From: Clostridia bacterium | Lineage (GTDB): Bacteria > Bacillota > Clostridia > Christensenellales > CAG-314 | Length of the DNA stretch: 64,000 nucleotides | Assembly: GCA_017457305.1 (NCBI GenBank) | Contig: JAFTHP010000004.1 | Location: 1,084 to 65,083, forward strand | Reading direction: 5' to 3' | Shown: one piece after another, positions 8,895 to 17,771 of the stretch | How the letters are laid out: each line of letters begins with the position of its first letter | How positions within the stretch are numbered: position 1 is the stretch's first letter | Notes under the pieces: generated by a model | What the model saw: the letters and a program-made list of their open reading frames with translations, nothing else | Database searches by the model: none | What the model was told of the DNA's origin: nothing | Position numbers and translations under genes: made by a program

Positions 8895-9028
8895 TATTGG
8901 GCAGTGCAGAATTTTTTTCTGTGCTGTCTTTTTTTATATATTTACCAACGCAACACACCGATGTTCATTTTGTTGACAAAATTCCACATTTTTTGTTACC
9001 ATATAGGTATCAAGGGAGAGTAAAATTT

Positions 9029-9601
9029 ATGCAATACGTTGTGTTTGACGTGGAAACACCCAACTGTGAAAATGACCGAATTAGTGCAATAGGCATATCC
9101 GTTGTAGAAGACGGTGCTATTGTGGAGCAATTTTTTAGTTTGGTAAATCCACAAACGCATTTTGACAGTTTCAACACGCAATTGACGGGCATCTCCGCCG
9201 AGATGGTAAAAGATAAGCCCACCTTCGACCAGGTGTGGGCAAAAATTGAGCTTTTGATGGGCGGTGGTGTGTTGGTTGCTCACAATGCGCCATTTGATTT
9301 GTGTGTGCTTGCAAAGTGTTTGCGTGATTACAACATCTATTGGAAAGCATCCGTTAACTACCTAGATACCGTTCGCCTTGCAAAAAACTACTATCCCAAT
9401 TTGCCTAACTACAAGTTGAACACAATCAGCAACTACTTGGGTATAGCATTGGATCATCACAGAGCCGATAGCGACAGCACCGCTACAGCACTTATTTTGT
9501 GCGATATTCTTTCCCGCGGTGCGGTGGATAACTATATACGAAGCTACGACCTAGACAAACGTCCTCAACCACCAAAAGTTGGCGGAAGATGGATATTTTA
9601 G
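9029..9601 (+). CDS. DEDDh 3'-5' exonuclease (DnaQ/PolC epsilon-like)
   Basis: Start moved to ATG 9029 (SD AGGGAGAG), giving 190 aa. Motifs VVFDVETPN (ExoI), VAHNAPFDL (ExoII) and HHRADSDS (ExoIII). Confidence 0.85.
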   Translation: MQYVVFDVETPNCENDRISAIGISVVEDGAIVEQFFSLVNPQTHFDSFNTQLTGISAEMVKDKPTFDQVWAKIELLMGGGVLVAHNAPFDLCVLAKCLRDYNIYWKASVNYLDTVRLAKNYYPNLPNYKLNTISNYLGIALDHHRADSDSTATALILCDILSRGAVDNYIRSYDLDKRPQPPKVGGRWIF

Positions 9602-9750
9602 TACGGGTAAAAGATATCTAAGCCGTCCTTTACAGTTCAACACAGACTTTTAGGGAAGGGGCAACGTTAGTGGTGGAAGGGTGGTAGTGCGAAAACCACT
9701 ATGCAGTATGTTTTTTGCACTTATGATTCATTTTTTAGTATGGAGTAATT

Positions 9751-10074
9751 ATGAAAGTAAACGAATATCAACAACTTGCAATGACCACACTCAATCCACA
9801 ACTAGATAGCAAGGACGTACTCATCAACAGCGTTATGGGCTTGTGTGGCGAATCGGGCGAGTGTATCGACATTGTAAAAAAATGGCTGGCGCAAGGCCAC
9901 GAACTCAACAAAGATAAGCTAATTGATGAACTTGGTGACGTTGCTTGGTATCTTGCCGAAGCGGCAACAGCGCTGGGAGTATCGCTAGAAAGTGTGCTTC
10001 AGCACAACGTTGACAAGCTCAAGGCACGTTACCCACAGGGCTTTGATAGTGCCAAATCCATCACTCGCAAATAA
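9751..10074 (+). CDS. MazG-like nucleoside triphosphate pyrophosphohydrolase (small all-alpha type)
   Basis: 107 aa. Motifs GLCGESGE...KK and ELGDVAWYL are typical of the MazG/YpjD-like family. Confidence 0.8.
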   Translation: MKVNEYQQLAMTTLNPQLDSKDVLINSVMGLCGESGECIDIVKKWLAQGHELNKDKLIDELGDVAWYLAEAATALGVSLESVLQHNVDKLKARYPQGFDSAKSITRK

Positions 10075-10256
10075 GCAATTACCAAACAACACATCTAGCT
10101 GTAATGCAGTCACTTCGTGGTAACCAGCCCAAACAGGTTTGCAAACGTGTGATGTACACTTGCTTGCACTAAGAGCTGTTGATCCTTATGCAGATTATTA
10201 TTTGTACGGCAGGAGTACGCACCTGCCCTACAGTTTTATTAAAGCTTGACCGATAC

Positions 10257-10277
10257 CTTGCCAAAGCAAGATTTTTT
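10257..10277 (+). terminator. small terminator-like hairpin in a long intergenic region
   Basis: CTTGC-CAAA-GCAAG followed by ATTTTTT. Confidence 0.35.
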
Positions 10278-10525
10278 CACAACAGTGATTTTATCCGTTA
10301 TAACGGATTTCATTGGTTGCTTGCAACCTGCATTGGAAGTGTGGCACTGTTACAAACTAACTTAATATAAAAAATCCTGCCTTGTTCGATAAGTTTTACA
10401 AAATGCGTCAACTACGTTTCGTAAAAGGGATTTGCGTCGGGATGAAGATGCCAGGTTACGTAGGGCTTCTGCGGAAGTCAGTAGACTACGGTCTCGGTAA
10501 AAGGCTGATATCATCTCGCAGAATA

Positions 10526-10592
10526 CCCACCTGTTTTGTCAGGTTGAACCATCGTAAAACCACGGCTATGGTGGGATTTTCCTTTTTTTTGA
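10526..10592 (+). terminator. terminator-like structure ending a possible non-coding transcript
   Basis: CCCACC...GGTGGG outer stem with an inner CCAC/GTGG stem, followed by ATTTTCCTTTTTTTT. Confidence 0.45.
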
Positions 10593-10774
10593 TGATATTT
10601 TTGCCTTATGCACAATTGTTTGTAGCTAATACTTTGTCTAAATGGAGTTATATGCTCTATTTATCGTGTGTACTGAATATTTTTTTTGCCAAATATTCGC
10701 AGTATCTTTGCTGAATTGTTGTGTAATTGAAGGTTTTATGTAATAATATAGCCAAAAGGATTTTTATACAAAAG

Positions 10775-11290
10775 ATGAAGAAAGTAACCATTTTTGTGCT
10801 TATTGTGGCAGTTTTGCTACTAACTAGCTGCAATGTTGAGCCACCACTTGGGGACAAAGATTTGCCCAGTAGCGGTACCGACAGTCAACTAAATATTTAC
10901 GTTTGTGGTGCAGTACAAAACGAAGGTTACGTTACTGTAAATTTGGGCGAAGACTATTTTAGCGCTGTAAGCAAAGCTGGCATAATTGAGCAAAGCAAGA
11001 TGCCATCCTTTGGCGACCAACTTGTGGACAAAAACCAAACTGTAGTTATTGTGGAGTATGTTTTACAAGGTGTTAGCTACACACCGATCAACGTCAACGG
11101 ACCATTGGTTACACGTCGCACAACAATACCCAACGTGGATAGTGTTGTGGTGGATATGTTGGCGGATTTCATCGAAAACAATGGAAATATAAAAAATCGC
11201 ACAATGCTACAAAAAGCTTTGGGCGACTATTATCAAGACAATTTTTACAAGTTTTTTGTGGGTGTAGACGATTATGAAAAGGCTAATTAA
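10775..11290 (+). CDS. comEA: ComEA-like lipoprotein (SLBB domain, degenerate helix-hairpin-helix)
   Basis: 171 aa from ATG 10775. Lipobox LLLTSC. The SLBB-like NIYVCGAVQNEGYVTV motif is present. The gene overlaps comEC. Confidence 0.65.
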   Translation: MKKVTIFVLIVAVLLLTSCNVEPPLGDKDLPSSGTDSQLNIYVCGAVQNEGYVTVNLGEDYFSAVSKAGIIEQSKMPSFGDQLVDKNQTVVIVEYVLQGVSYTPINVNGPLVTRRTTIPNVDSVVVDMLADFIENNGNIKNRTMLQKALGDYYQDNFYKFFVGVDDYEKAN

Positions 11291-13412
11291 CGTCCGCCCA
11301 TCCCTATTTGCCGCAGTAGGCCTAATCATGGGCATATACTGCGCTTTTTGTTTTGCCTTTGGCAATATTGTTATGGGTGTAGTATGTCTAGTGCTGTTGG
11401 TTGCATTGGGCATCTTTTTTGTTTGTACAAAATCGGCTAACTTCAAGTACCTTCTACTTGTTGCATTGATGGTGGCAGTAGGAATAACGCAAATGGTTGT
11501 TTACCAACACAGTAGTCAAGCAATGGAAATTGTAGAAAGGGACGTTATGCTTGTTGGCCGTGTTACCGACCTTGGTCGGTTTAGCCCCGACAGCAACGTT
11601 GTGTACTTGGAAAAATGCACCGACGAAAATGGAAATAAGTATACTGGGCGCATTAAAACGTACACCTTTGACAATTTAACATTACAAGTTGGCGATATTG
11701 TTACAATAAAGGGAACGTTGCGCTCCACCTACCCACTACAAGCAAAGGTGCAAACAAGCTACGTTCGAAACAACGTTCGTTACACCCTTTCCGACGTAGA
11801 AATACTATCCTACAAGGCAGGAAAACTAACCCTTGGGGAGATTGCTCGCAGGTATATTTTTGATGCTTGCTCGCAGTTTGGCACACAAAGCGCACCCATC
11901 GTTTACGCTTTGCTAACGGGCGACTGCAATGCCATTGCCGAAGAAGATTCGCTTGCATTTAGGCGCACTGGCACGTTGCACTTGTTAGCAGTAAGCGGTC
12001 AGCACATTGTGTTTATCGTTGGCGTGTTGAACGTGCTAGTCAAAAGGCTAAAACTTCATCCAGCGGTAGAAATGGTGGTTATGCTACTGCCGCTAGTGTT
12101 CTTTTGCTACATTTGCAACTGGGTGCCTAGCATTATGCGTGCGTTGGTTATGTTGCTGTGCGGATACATTGCAAGGATAATTTATGGTCGATACGATATG
12201 CTTTCTTCGCTGAGCTTGTCTGTTATTGTCATTTTGCTGTGGCATCCGCTGTACTTGTTTGACGTTGGTTTTCAACTTTCCGCTTTGTCGGTGTACGGCA
12301 TTGCCACAATTTACTCGGTGTATCAACGCAAAACTATCAAGCGCAAAATGAACAAAATTGTTCGCAACGTTTTGGATAGCTTTGTGTTGTCCTTGTGCTG
12401 TACTGCGGCAATATTGTTTACTACCGCCTACAACTTTGGCGAAGTGTCCGTTGTGGCTCCTTTTGTAAACGTATTGGCTGTACCGGTGGTATCCATTGCC
12501 TTTGTTGTGGCAATGGTGGGGCTATTGCCTTGGGTTTTCCACTACTTGCTTACTGTTGCCGGGTGGCTACTGGGTGCGGTGGCTTATCTTGTTAGGGGAT
12601 TTTCCGCCATATCATTTGCTTCTGCCAAAACTACCACGCTGGGAATAACCATAGTAATTGCTGTTATTTTGCTATTTGTGTGGGGCGGAAGTGTAAACTT
12701 ATCCAAGGTTGGCAAAAGATTATTTAGTGCCATTTGTGTTGTTTTGCTTGTTGTATGCACAGTTATAGCCGTTGTTCCCAACAGGCCAGCGGAAAAGGTA
12801 AAGGTTTTCTTTGGATACAATGATATTGCCCTTGTGGCAACAAACAACAGTGATATGGCTGTGGTAACAAATCTTGCCGACGAGTACGTTGCGGTGGACG
12901 TGCTGGAATATGCCCAAGGGATGCGTGTGGATAATTGCACGTTGTACCTAGTGGACTACGTCAGTTGTGACCAAAGCATTTTGGAGGATTTTTGCCAAGC
13001 ATTGCCAGTAAACAAGGTGTATGTTATGGACCGTTCCTTCAACGATAACGCAACGGCACTTCTTTCTCAACACAAAATACCACTTGTTGTTGCGGAAAAG
13101 AACACCATTTTGCCCGGCTCTATATCGGTGCAAGGGGTGTACGACGGCTCACTTAGGGGTGTTGTAGTAACCATTGGCGAGTTGTGCGTTTCCACTGTGT
13201 ACGGTAGTGACGCCGCCATCCAAAACTATCCCTTTTTGCGACCAGACGTTGACGTGTACATCGCTCAAAAGGCATTTGACTCTTTTGCCCAGCAAAACAA
13301 GGCAACTTTAAGCTTTTATCAGCAGAATATATTATATAACTTTGGATCAAATAAATATGGGGTCTTTACAATTATCCAAAAAGATGATACAATAAAGGTT
13401 AGTTTTAAGTGA
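11274..13412 (+). CDS. comEC: ComEC/Rec2 DNA internalisation channel protein
   Basis: 712 aa, polytopic. Competence-domain motif FRRTGTLHLLAVSGQHI is present. The C-terminal beta-lactamase-like domain lacks HxHxDH. Confidence 0.85.
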   Translation: MKRLINVRPSLFAAVGLIMGIYCAFCFAFGNIVMGVVCLVLLVALGIFFVCTKSANFKYLLLVALMVAVGITQMVVYQHSSQAMEIVERDVMLVGRVTDLGRFSPDSNVVYLEKCTDENGNKYTGRIKTYTFDNLTLQVGDIVTIKGTLRSTYPLQAKVQTSYVRNNVRYTLSDVEILSYKAGKLTLGEIARRYIFDACSQFGTQSAPIVYALLTGDCNAIAEEDSLAFRRTGTLHLLAVSGQHIVFIVGVLNVLVKRLKLHPAVEMVVMLLPLVFFCYICNWVPSIMRALVMLLCGYIARIIYGRYDMLSSLSLSVIVILLWHPLYLFDVGFQLSALSVYGIATIYSVYQRKTIKRKMNKIVRNVLDSFVLSLCCTAAILFTTAYNFGEVSVVAPFVNVLAVPVVSIAFVVAMVGLLPWVFHYLLTVAGWLLGAVAYLVRGFSAISFASAKTTTLGITIVIAVILLFVWGGSVNLSKVGKRLFSAICVVLLVVCTVIAVVPNRPAEKVKVFFGYNDIALVATNNSDMAVVTNLADEYVAVDVLEYAQGMRVDNCTLYLVDYVSCDQSILEDFCQALPVNKVYVMDRSFNDNATALLSQHKIPLVVAEKNTILPGSISVQGVYDGSLRGVVVTIGELCVSTVYGSDAAIQNYPFLRPDVDVYIAQKAFDSFAQQNKATLSFYQQNILYNFGSNKYGVFTIIQKDDTIKVSFK

Positions 13413-13421
13413 GGAATCAAT

Positions 13422-14366
13422 TTGATTAAATTTTTGGATTTGCAAAACAGTCTAAAGGACAACGATTTTGCGGCATTTTGCATATATGGTAACGATCCAT
13501 GGGTACGACGCAAGGCTTTGGCGCGTATTTGTCAATGGGCGGACGTCACCGACGATATGGGTGTGGACTACTTGGACAACCCAACTGCCGATGACATTGC
13601 TTTTGCATGCCTCACTCCCAGTATGTTCTGTGCCAAGAAGGTGGTTGTTTGTCAAAACCTACCTACTGCAGAAGGCAAGGGCAACCAAATCAGGCAAAAA
13701 TTAGCCAAGATTATCGAGCAATACGACGGAAGTTTTTGTTTGGTGGTGGAAACGGAAAGTAAACCATTGGACGTTGTCGGTATGGAAGCCATCGACTGCA
13801 ACAAGCTTTCTTCTTCTAGCGTAAGTGGTTGGATTGTGGCCTATGCCAAGCGTCAAGGTGTGGTTGTGGAAAGGATGTGTGCCGATCAAATTGCCGCCTA
13901 CTGTTTGTGCGATATGGCTCGTGTGGAGATGGAAATTCAAAAGCTTATTGACTACGGCGAAGTTACCCCACAATCCATCGAACAGCTTGTGCACAAGGAT
14001 GCCGAATACGTGGTGTTCGACCTATCCAAGGTAATTGCCAACAAAAACGCTACCCGTGCGCTAGAACTTTACCGCGGACTTATTGCCAGCGGTGAAAGTC
14101 ACTTTGGTTTGTTTGGGCTGTTGTACAACTTTTACCGACGTGTCTACTACATAAAAATCAGCCAATTTACCCCAGAAGAATTGGCAAGTATGCTTGGTGT
14201 AAAGGCGGGCGCAATCAACTTTACTAGGGAATTTGCCCAAAAGTACAAGCCAATGCAATTAAAGCGCGCGCTAGATTGCTTTGCTGTTGCCGATGCCAAG
14301 CTCAAGACCTTTGTTGATGATGACGAAGTTATGACAACGCTAATTTTACAGCTCGTTTCGCTGTAA
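13422..14366 (+). CDS. holA: DNA polymerase III delta subunit
   Basis: 314 aa. TTG start 7 nt after a GAGG SD. It follows comEC as in Bacillus, and its size and pattern fit HolA. Confidence 0.75.
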   Translation: MIKFLDLQNSLKDNDFAAFCIYGNDPWVRRKALARICQWADVTDDMGVDYLDNPTADDIAFACLTPSMFCAKKVVVCQNLPTAEGKGNQIRQKLAKIIEQYDGSFCLVVETESKPLDVVGMEAIDCNKLSSSSVSGWIVAYAKRQGVVVERMCADQIAAYCLCDMARVEMEIQKLIDYGEVTPQSIEQLVHKDAEYVVFDLSKVIANKNATRALELYRGLIASGESHFGLFGLLYNFYRRVYYIKISQFTPEELASMLGVKAGAINFTREFAQKYKPMQLKRALDCFAVADAKLKTFVDDDEVMTTLILQLVSL

Positions 14367-14378
14367 TGGAGGATAATT

Positions 14379-14882
14379 TTGTTAAAAAAACTTATGTCAA
14401 ACTACAACCTTAGCAACATTTTGTGCAAGGTGTTGTTTGTAATTACATTTGCATTTAGTAATTGGCAAGCCTTTATGCTGGCGGCCAACATCTTTGGTGG
14501 GGATAACAGCGTAGTTATTGCAATTATCAGTGCCCTGCTTTTGGGTGTGGTGTTGGTGTTTATTGTTCCGCTAATTGTCAATTTCCTTCTCAACTATATG
14601 CGTTTGTACAGTATTCCTCGTTTGGAATACATCCTTATTGTGGAGTTTTTCTTTACAATTGGATTTTTTATCAACGGATTGCTCAGTCTAATCCACCTAT
14701 TTACTCCCATTTTGCTGGGTTGGGGCACCGTTTTGTTCCCCTTCTTGGTGTCAGTTGGTTGCACCTATGCCTTCTACAAGGTAACCGCCAAGATGTACTT
14801 CAACGACGTTACCGTTGTGTACTACTTCAAGGCATTGGCTGTAATCTTCTTTGTGGCATCTTTCGTGATGGGGGTGTTGTAG
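14379..14882 (+). CDS. hypothetical membrane protein (4-5 TM)
   Basis: 167 aa. TTG start after a GGAGG SD. Hydrophobic throughout, with no recognisable motif. Confidence 0.6.
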   Translation: MLKKLMSNYNLSNILCKVLFVITFAFSNWQAFMLAANIFGGDNSVVIAIISALLLGVVLVFIVPLIVNFLLNYMRLYSIPRLEYILIVEFFFTIGFFINGLLSLIHLFTPILLGWGTVLFPFLVSVGCTYAFYKVTAKMYFNDVTVVYYFKALAVIFFVASFVMGVL

Positions 14883-14883
14883 T

Positions 14884-16095
14884 ATGAAAAAACTATGTCA
14901 ACTTCTGTTGTGTTTGATGCTTGTAGCAGTTATTGTTGCCGTTGTTCCACACAATGCAACAGCCGACACTTCCTTTGATGACGACAGCTATCAAAACACC
15001 GAAACCTACAAGTTTTTGCAACAATTTGTTGCCGACAACCCACAGCGCTCCAATCAGCAGGAAGAGTTGCTTGCTGCCGATTGGATTTTCCAACGTTTTT
15101 CTGGCGTTAGTGGTGTTAACGTAGCAATGGAGCAGTTTACAGTTAACGGCGACTACATTTACCAATCACAAAACGTGGTTGCAACAATCGACAACCCCAA
15201 CACAAACAAAAGCATAGTTATTGGTGCTCACTACGATGCTTCCGCATCTAGTCAAGGTGCTAACGACAACGCAACGGGTATTACTGCATTGTATCTAACG
15301 TTGCAAAGGGTAGCGGCGTATGCAGACAAAAATCCATTGCCATTTGACGTTACCTTTGTTGCTTTCGGAGCAGAAGAACAGGGGCTAGTTGGTTCGGCAG
15401 AGTACGCAAACAGACACTTTGGTCAACTGGAAAACGTCCTTGTAATGTTCAATATCGACAGCATTGTCAACGGCGACTATTTGTACGTTGCTGTGGAAAA
15501 TAAGCCCACCGATATGGAAGACTTGGTGCTTTCTTGCACAAAGCCGTCCCTTAACCTTACCCACAAGCCTTATGCCAAGGGCACTTACGGTGTAATTGAT
15601 ATGTTTGGCTATGGCTACTACGAAACAATTCAAGGCTCCGACCACACTTCCTTTAGGCTAGAAGGCGTGCCCACCGTATTCTATTTTTCCGGTAACTACA
15701 ACGTAAAACTTTGGGATTTTGCCGAAAGTGCCGATATCAACAAGCAAACAATGAACACACCAATGGACAGTATGTCCAACTTGAACAAGTACAACGGCAG
15801 TTTGGTTGTTGAGCGCATCGAAGGTGTTGCAGATAGCATTTTTGCTACTATCACCAATTCCACCTTTGAACAAGTGGCAGGTAACGCTCGCAAGCAACTA
15901 GTTAACCTAAAGTTCTGGTACAATCCATTGTGGCCAACGTTAGTGGTGGTGGCGCTTATTGCATTGCTAGGTTTCCTTGCGTGGAAGCACTATCGCAAAC
16001 TTCAAAAGGGTTCAATTTTGGGCACTGCGGAAATAAAGAACACAACTGTTTTCCATCAACCGGATGCCGAAGATATTTTTACTTTCAAAAAATAA
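14884..16095 (+). CDS. M28-family aminopeptidase, secreted with C-terminal membrane anchor
   Basis: 403 aa with a signal peptide. Motifs GAHYDA, NDNATGI and FGAEEQGLVGS. A C-terminal TM is followed by a basic tail. Confidence 0.85.
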   Translation: MKKLCQLLLCLMLVAVIVAVVPHNATADTSFDDDSYQNTETYKFLQQFVADNPQRSNQQEELLAADWIFQRFSGVSGVNVAMEQFTVNGDYIYQSQNVVATIDNPNTNKSIVIGAHYDASASSQGANDNATGITALYLTLQRVAAYADKNPLPFDVTFVAFGAEEQGLVGSAEYANRHFGQLENVLVMFNIDSIVNGDYLYVAVENKPTDMEDLVLSCTKPSLNLTHKPYAKGTYGVIDMFGYGYYETIQGSDHTSFRLEGVPTVFYFSGNYNVKLWDFAESADINKQTMNTPMDSMSNLNKYNGSLVVERIEGVADSIFATITNSTFEQVAGNARKQLVNLKFWYNPLWPTLVVVALIALLGFLAWKHYRKLQKGSILGTAEIKNTTVFHQPDAEDIFTFKK

Positions 16096-16133
16096 TTGTT
16101 TTTGCCAACGTGGCATAATATAGGTGTAAACTG

Positions 16134-16778
16134 ATGACTAAAACAAAAAAGGTGCTTTCGCTACCTATTTACATTGCAATATTTGCTGGAACTGCCATTT
16201 TGTGCGTGGTGCTAGACCAACTAACAAAACTGTGGATATTCGACCAGTATTTTGGTGGTAACGTATCTGCTAAGCCATTGCAAATTATCAAGGACTTTTT
16301 CTACTTTGATCCCGAACTAAACGAAGGCGCGGCATTTGGCGGAATGAAAGGGGATGCTTGGAACATCATCTTCTTTATTATGACTTTGCTATCATTGCCG
16401 CTGTTTTGCTGGTTGCAGTTGCGCAGTCGCACTCGCAGTGTGTGGGGACAAATAGGCTACGCTTTTGTAATTGGCGGAACCATTGGCAACTTCATTGACC
16501 GTATGTGGTATTTGCCAGGCGATACCTTTTTCAGCGGTATGGTAAGGGATTTCATCTACTTCCCGTTTTTCCCAGCAGTATTCAACGTTGCCGATAGCTT
16601 TTTGGTGGTTGGCGTAATCATGGGCGTGCTTGCCATTGTGTTTTTTGATAGCGACAGCATCGTTGCCGAGTTCAAAAAGGAACGTTTGGAACGCATCGCA
16701 CAAAGAAATGCAGCTTTACAGGAAGATGCTACTACCGAACAATCAACTGCGGATACCAGCGCAGATAACAATCAATAA
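16134..16778 (+). CDS. lspA: lipoprotein signal peptidase II
   Basis: 214 aa. NEGAAFG and FNVADSFLVVG motifs, plus an acidic C-terminal extension. Confidence 0.9.
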   Translation: MTKTKKVLSLPIYIAIFAGTAILCVVLDQLTKLWIFDQYFGGNVSAKPLQIIKDFFYFDPELNEGAAFGGMKGDAWNIIFFIMTLLSLPLFCWLQLRSRTRSVWGQIGYAFVIGGTIGNFIDRMWYLPGDTFFSGMVRDFIYFPFFPAVFNVADSFLVVGVIMGVLAIVFFDSDSIVAEFKKERLERIAQRNAALQEDATTEQSTADTSADNNQ

Positions 16779-16854
16779 CAACCATTGACTGCAACTAAGT
16801 AATGCGGTACAATTAGAAGGTAAGCGGTGGTTTTGCCACGGCAGATATACAAAG

Positions 16855-17763
16855 ATGAAACAAATTCAATTAGTTTGTGAGCAAAGTCAACGACTGGATA
16901 GCTTCGTTGCGGAAAACTCCACACTTACTCGCTCCCACGCACAAAAGCTGGTGCAGGGCGGCAGTGTAACGGTGGATGGCGCAGTTGTAACCAAATGCTC
17001 ACTTGTGGTAAAAGAAGATAGCGTGGTATGTGTAACCCTGCCAGATGAGCAGTCGTTGGATATCCCCGCACAGGATATTCCGCTAGATATCTTGTACGAA
17101 GATAGCCACATGGCGGTCATCAACAAGCAACAGGGGTTAACGGTGCACCCTGCAAACGGAGTCAACACCGACACGTTGGTAAACGCATTGCTTTTTCACA
17201 TCAAGGATCTATCGGGCATAAACGGCGTGCTTCGCCCCGGCATTGTACACAGGTTAGATAAAGACACAAGCGGATTGCTTGTTGTTGCAAAAAACGACCA
17301 AGCACACGTGGAACTACAACGTCAAATTCAAACCAAGGAGTGCAAGCGCATCTACTGGGCGCTAGTGGAAGGGGTTGTAAAGCAAGACCAAGGCATTGTC
17401 AATCAACCCATTGGTCGCTGTCCTACCGACCGCAAAAGGATGGATATTGTTGCTAGCGGCAGACAGGCGGAAACGCACTTTACCGTGCTAAAACGATTTG
17501 ACCGCTACACGTTGATGCAGTTCGAGCTAAAAACTGGCCGAACACATCAAATAAGGGTGCACAGCAGATTTCTTGGTCATCCAGTTGTTGGGGATAAGAC
17601 TTACGGCTTTAAAAACTGCAAGTTTAACCTTTCCGGGCAGTTACTGCACGCAAAAACAATCAGTTTTACACACCCAGTTTCGGGTGAGCAAATGACATTT
17701 TCGGCGCCATTGCCGAGCTATTTTGACAAAATACTGCAAACACTAACAAACAAAAGCAAATGA
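16855..17763 (+). CDS. rluD: RluA-family 23S rRNA pseudouridine synthase
   Basis: 302 aa. N-terminal S4 domain and the catalytic motif HRLDKDTSGLLVVAKN. Confidence 0.9.
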   Translation: MKQIQLVCEQSQRLDSFVAENSTLTRSHAQKLVQGGSVTVDGAVVTKCSLVVKEDSVVCVTLPDEQSLDIPAQDIPLDILYEDSHMAVINKQQGLTVHPANGVNTDTLVNALLFHIKDLSGINGVLRPGIVHRLDKDTSGLLVVAKNDQAHVELQRQIQTKECKRIYWALVEGVVKQDQGIVNQPIGRCPTDRKRMDIVASGRQAETHFTVLKRFDRYTLMQFELKTGRTHQIRVHSRFLGHPVVGDKTYGFKNCKFNLSGQLLHAKTISFTHPVSGEQMTFSAPLPSYFDKILQTLTNKSK

Positions 17764-17771
17764 GGTGGAAT

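Noticed and set aside
8861-9028. 56-aa N-terminal extension of the exonuclease ORF.
   Set aside because: It overlaps the end of the upstream membrane-protein gene. Exonuclease homology and an AGGGAGAG SD point to ATG 9029.
9602-9750. Possible riboswitch in the 149-nt leader of the mazG-like gene (small hairpins such as GTGGT...ACCAC).
   Set aside because: I could recall no match to preQ1, guanidine-II or other small riboswitch consensus sequences. The hairpins are short and the evidence is insufficient.
10440-10495. Possible SRP (4.5S) RNA domain IV: CCAGGT...GGCTTC-TGCG-GAAGTCAG loosely resembles CCAGGUCAGGUCCGGAAGGAAGCAGC.
   Set aside because: The conserved asymmetric-loop residues and the GNRA tetraloop context do not line up, and the flanking helices are not apparent. 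The resemblance is too weak without a covariance-model score.
10382-10714. 110-aa ORF in the mazG-comEA interval (also the 63-aa ORF at 10179-10370).
   Set aside because: It has a non-ATG start, no SD, an odd amino-acid composition, and hairpins and a terminator inside the frame. I treat it as non-coding.
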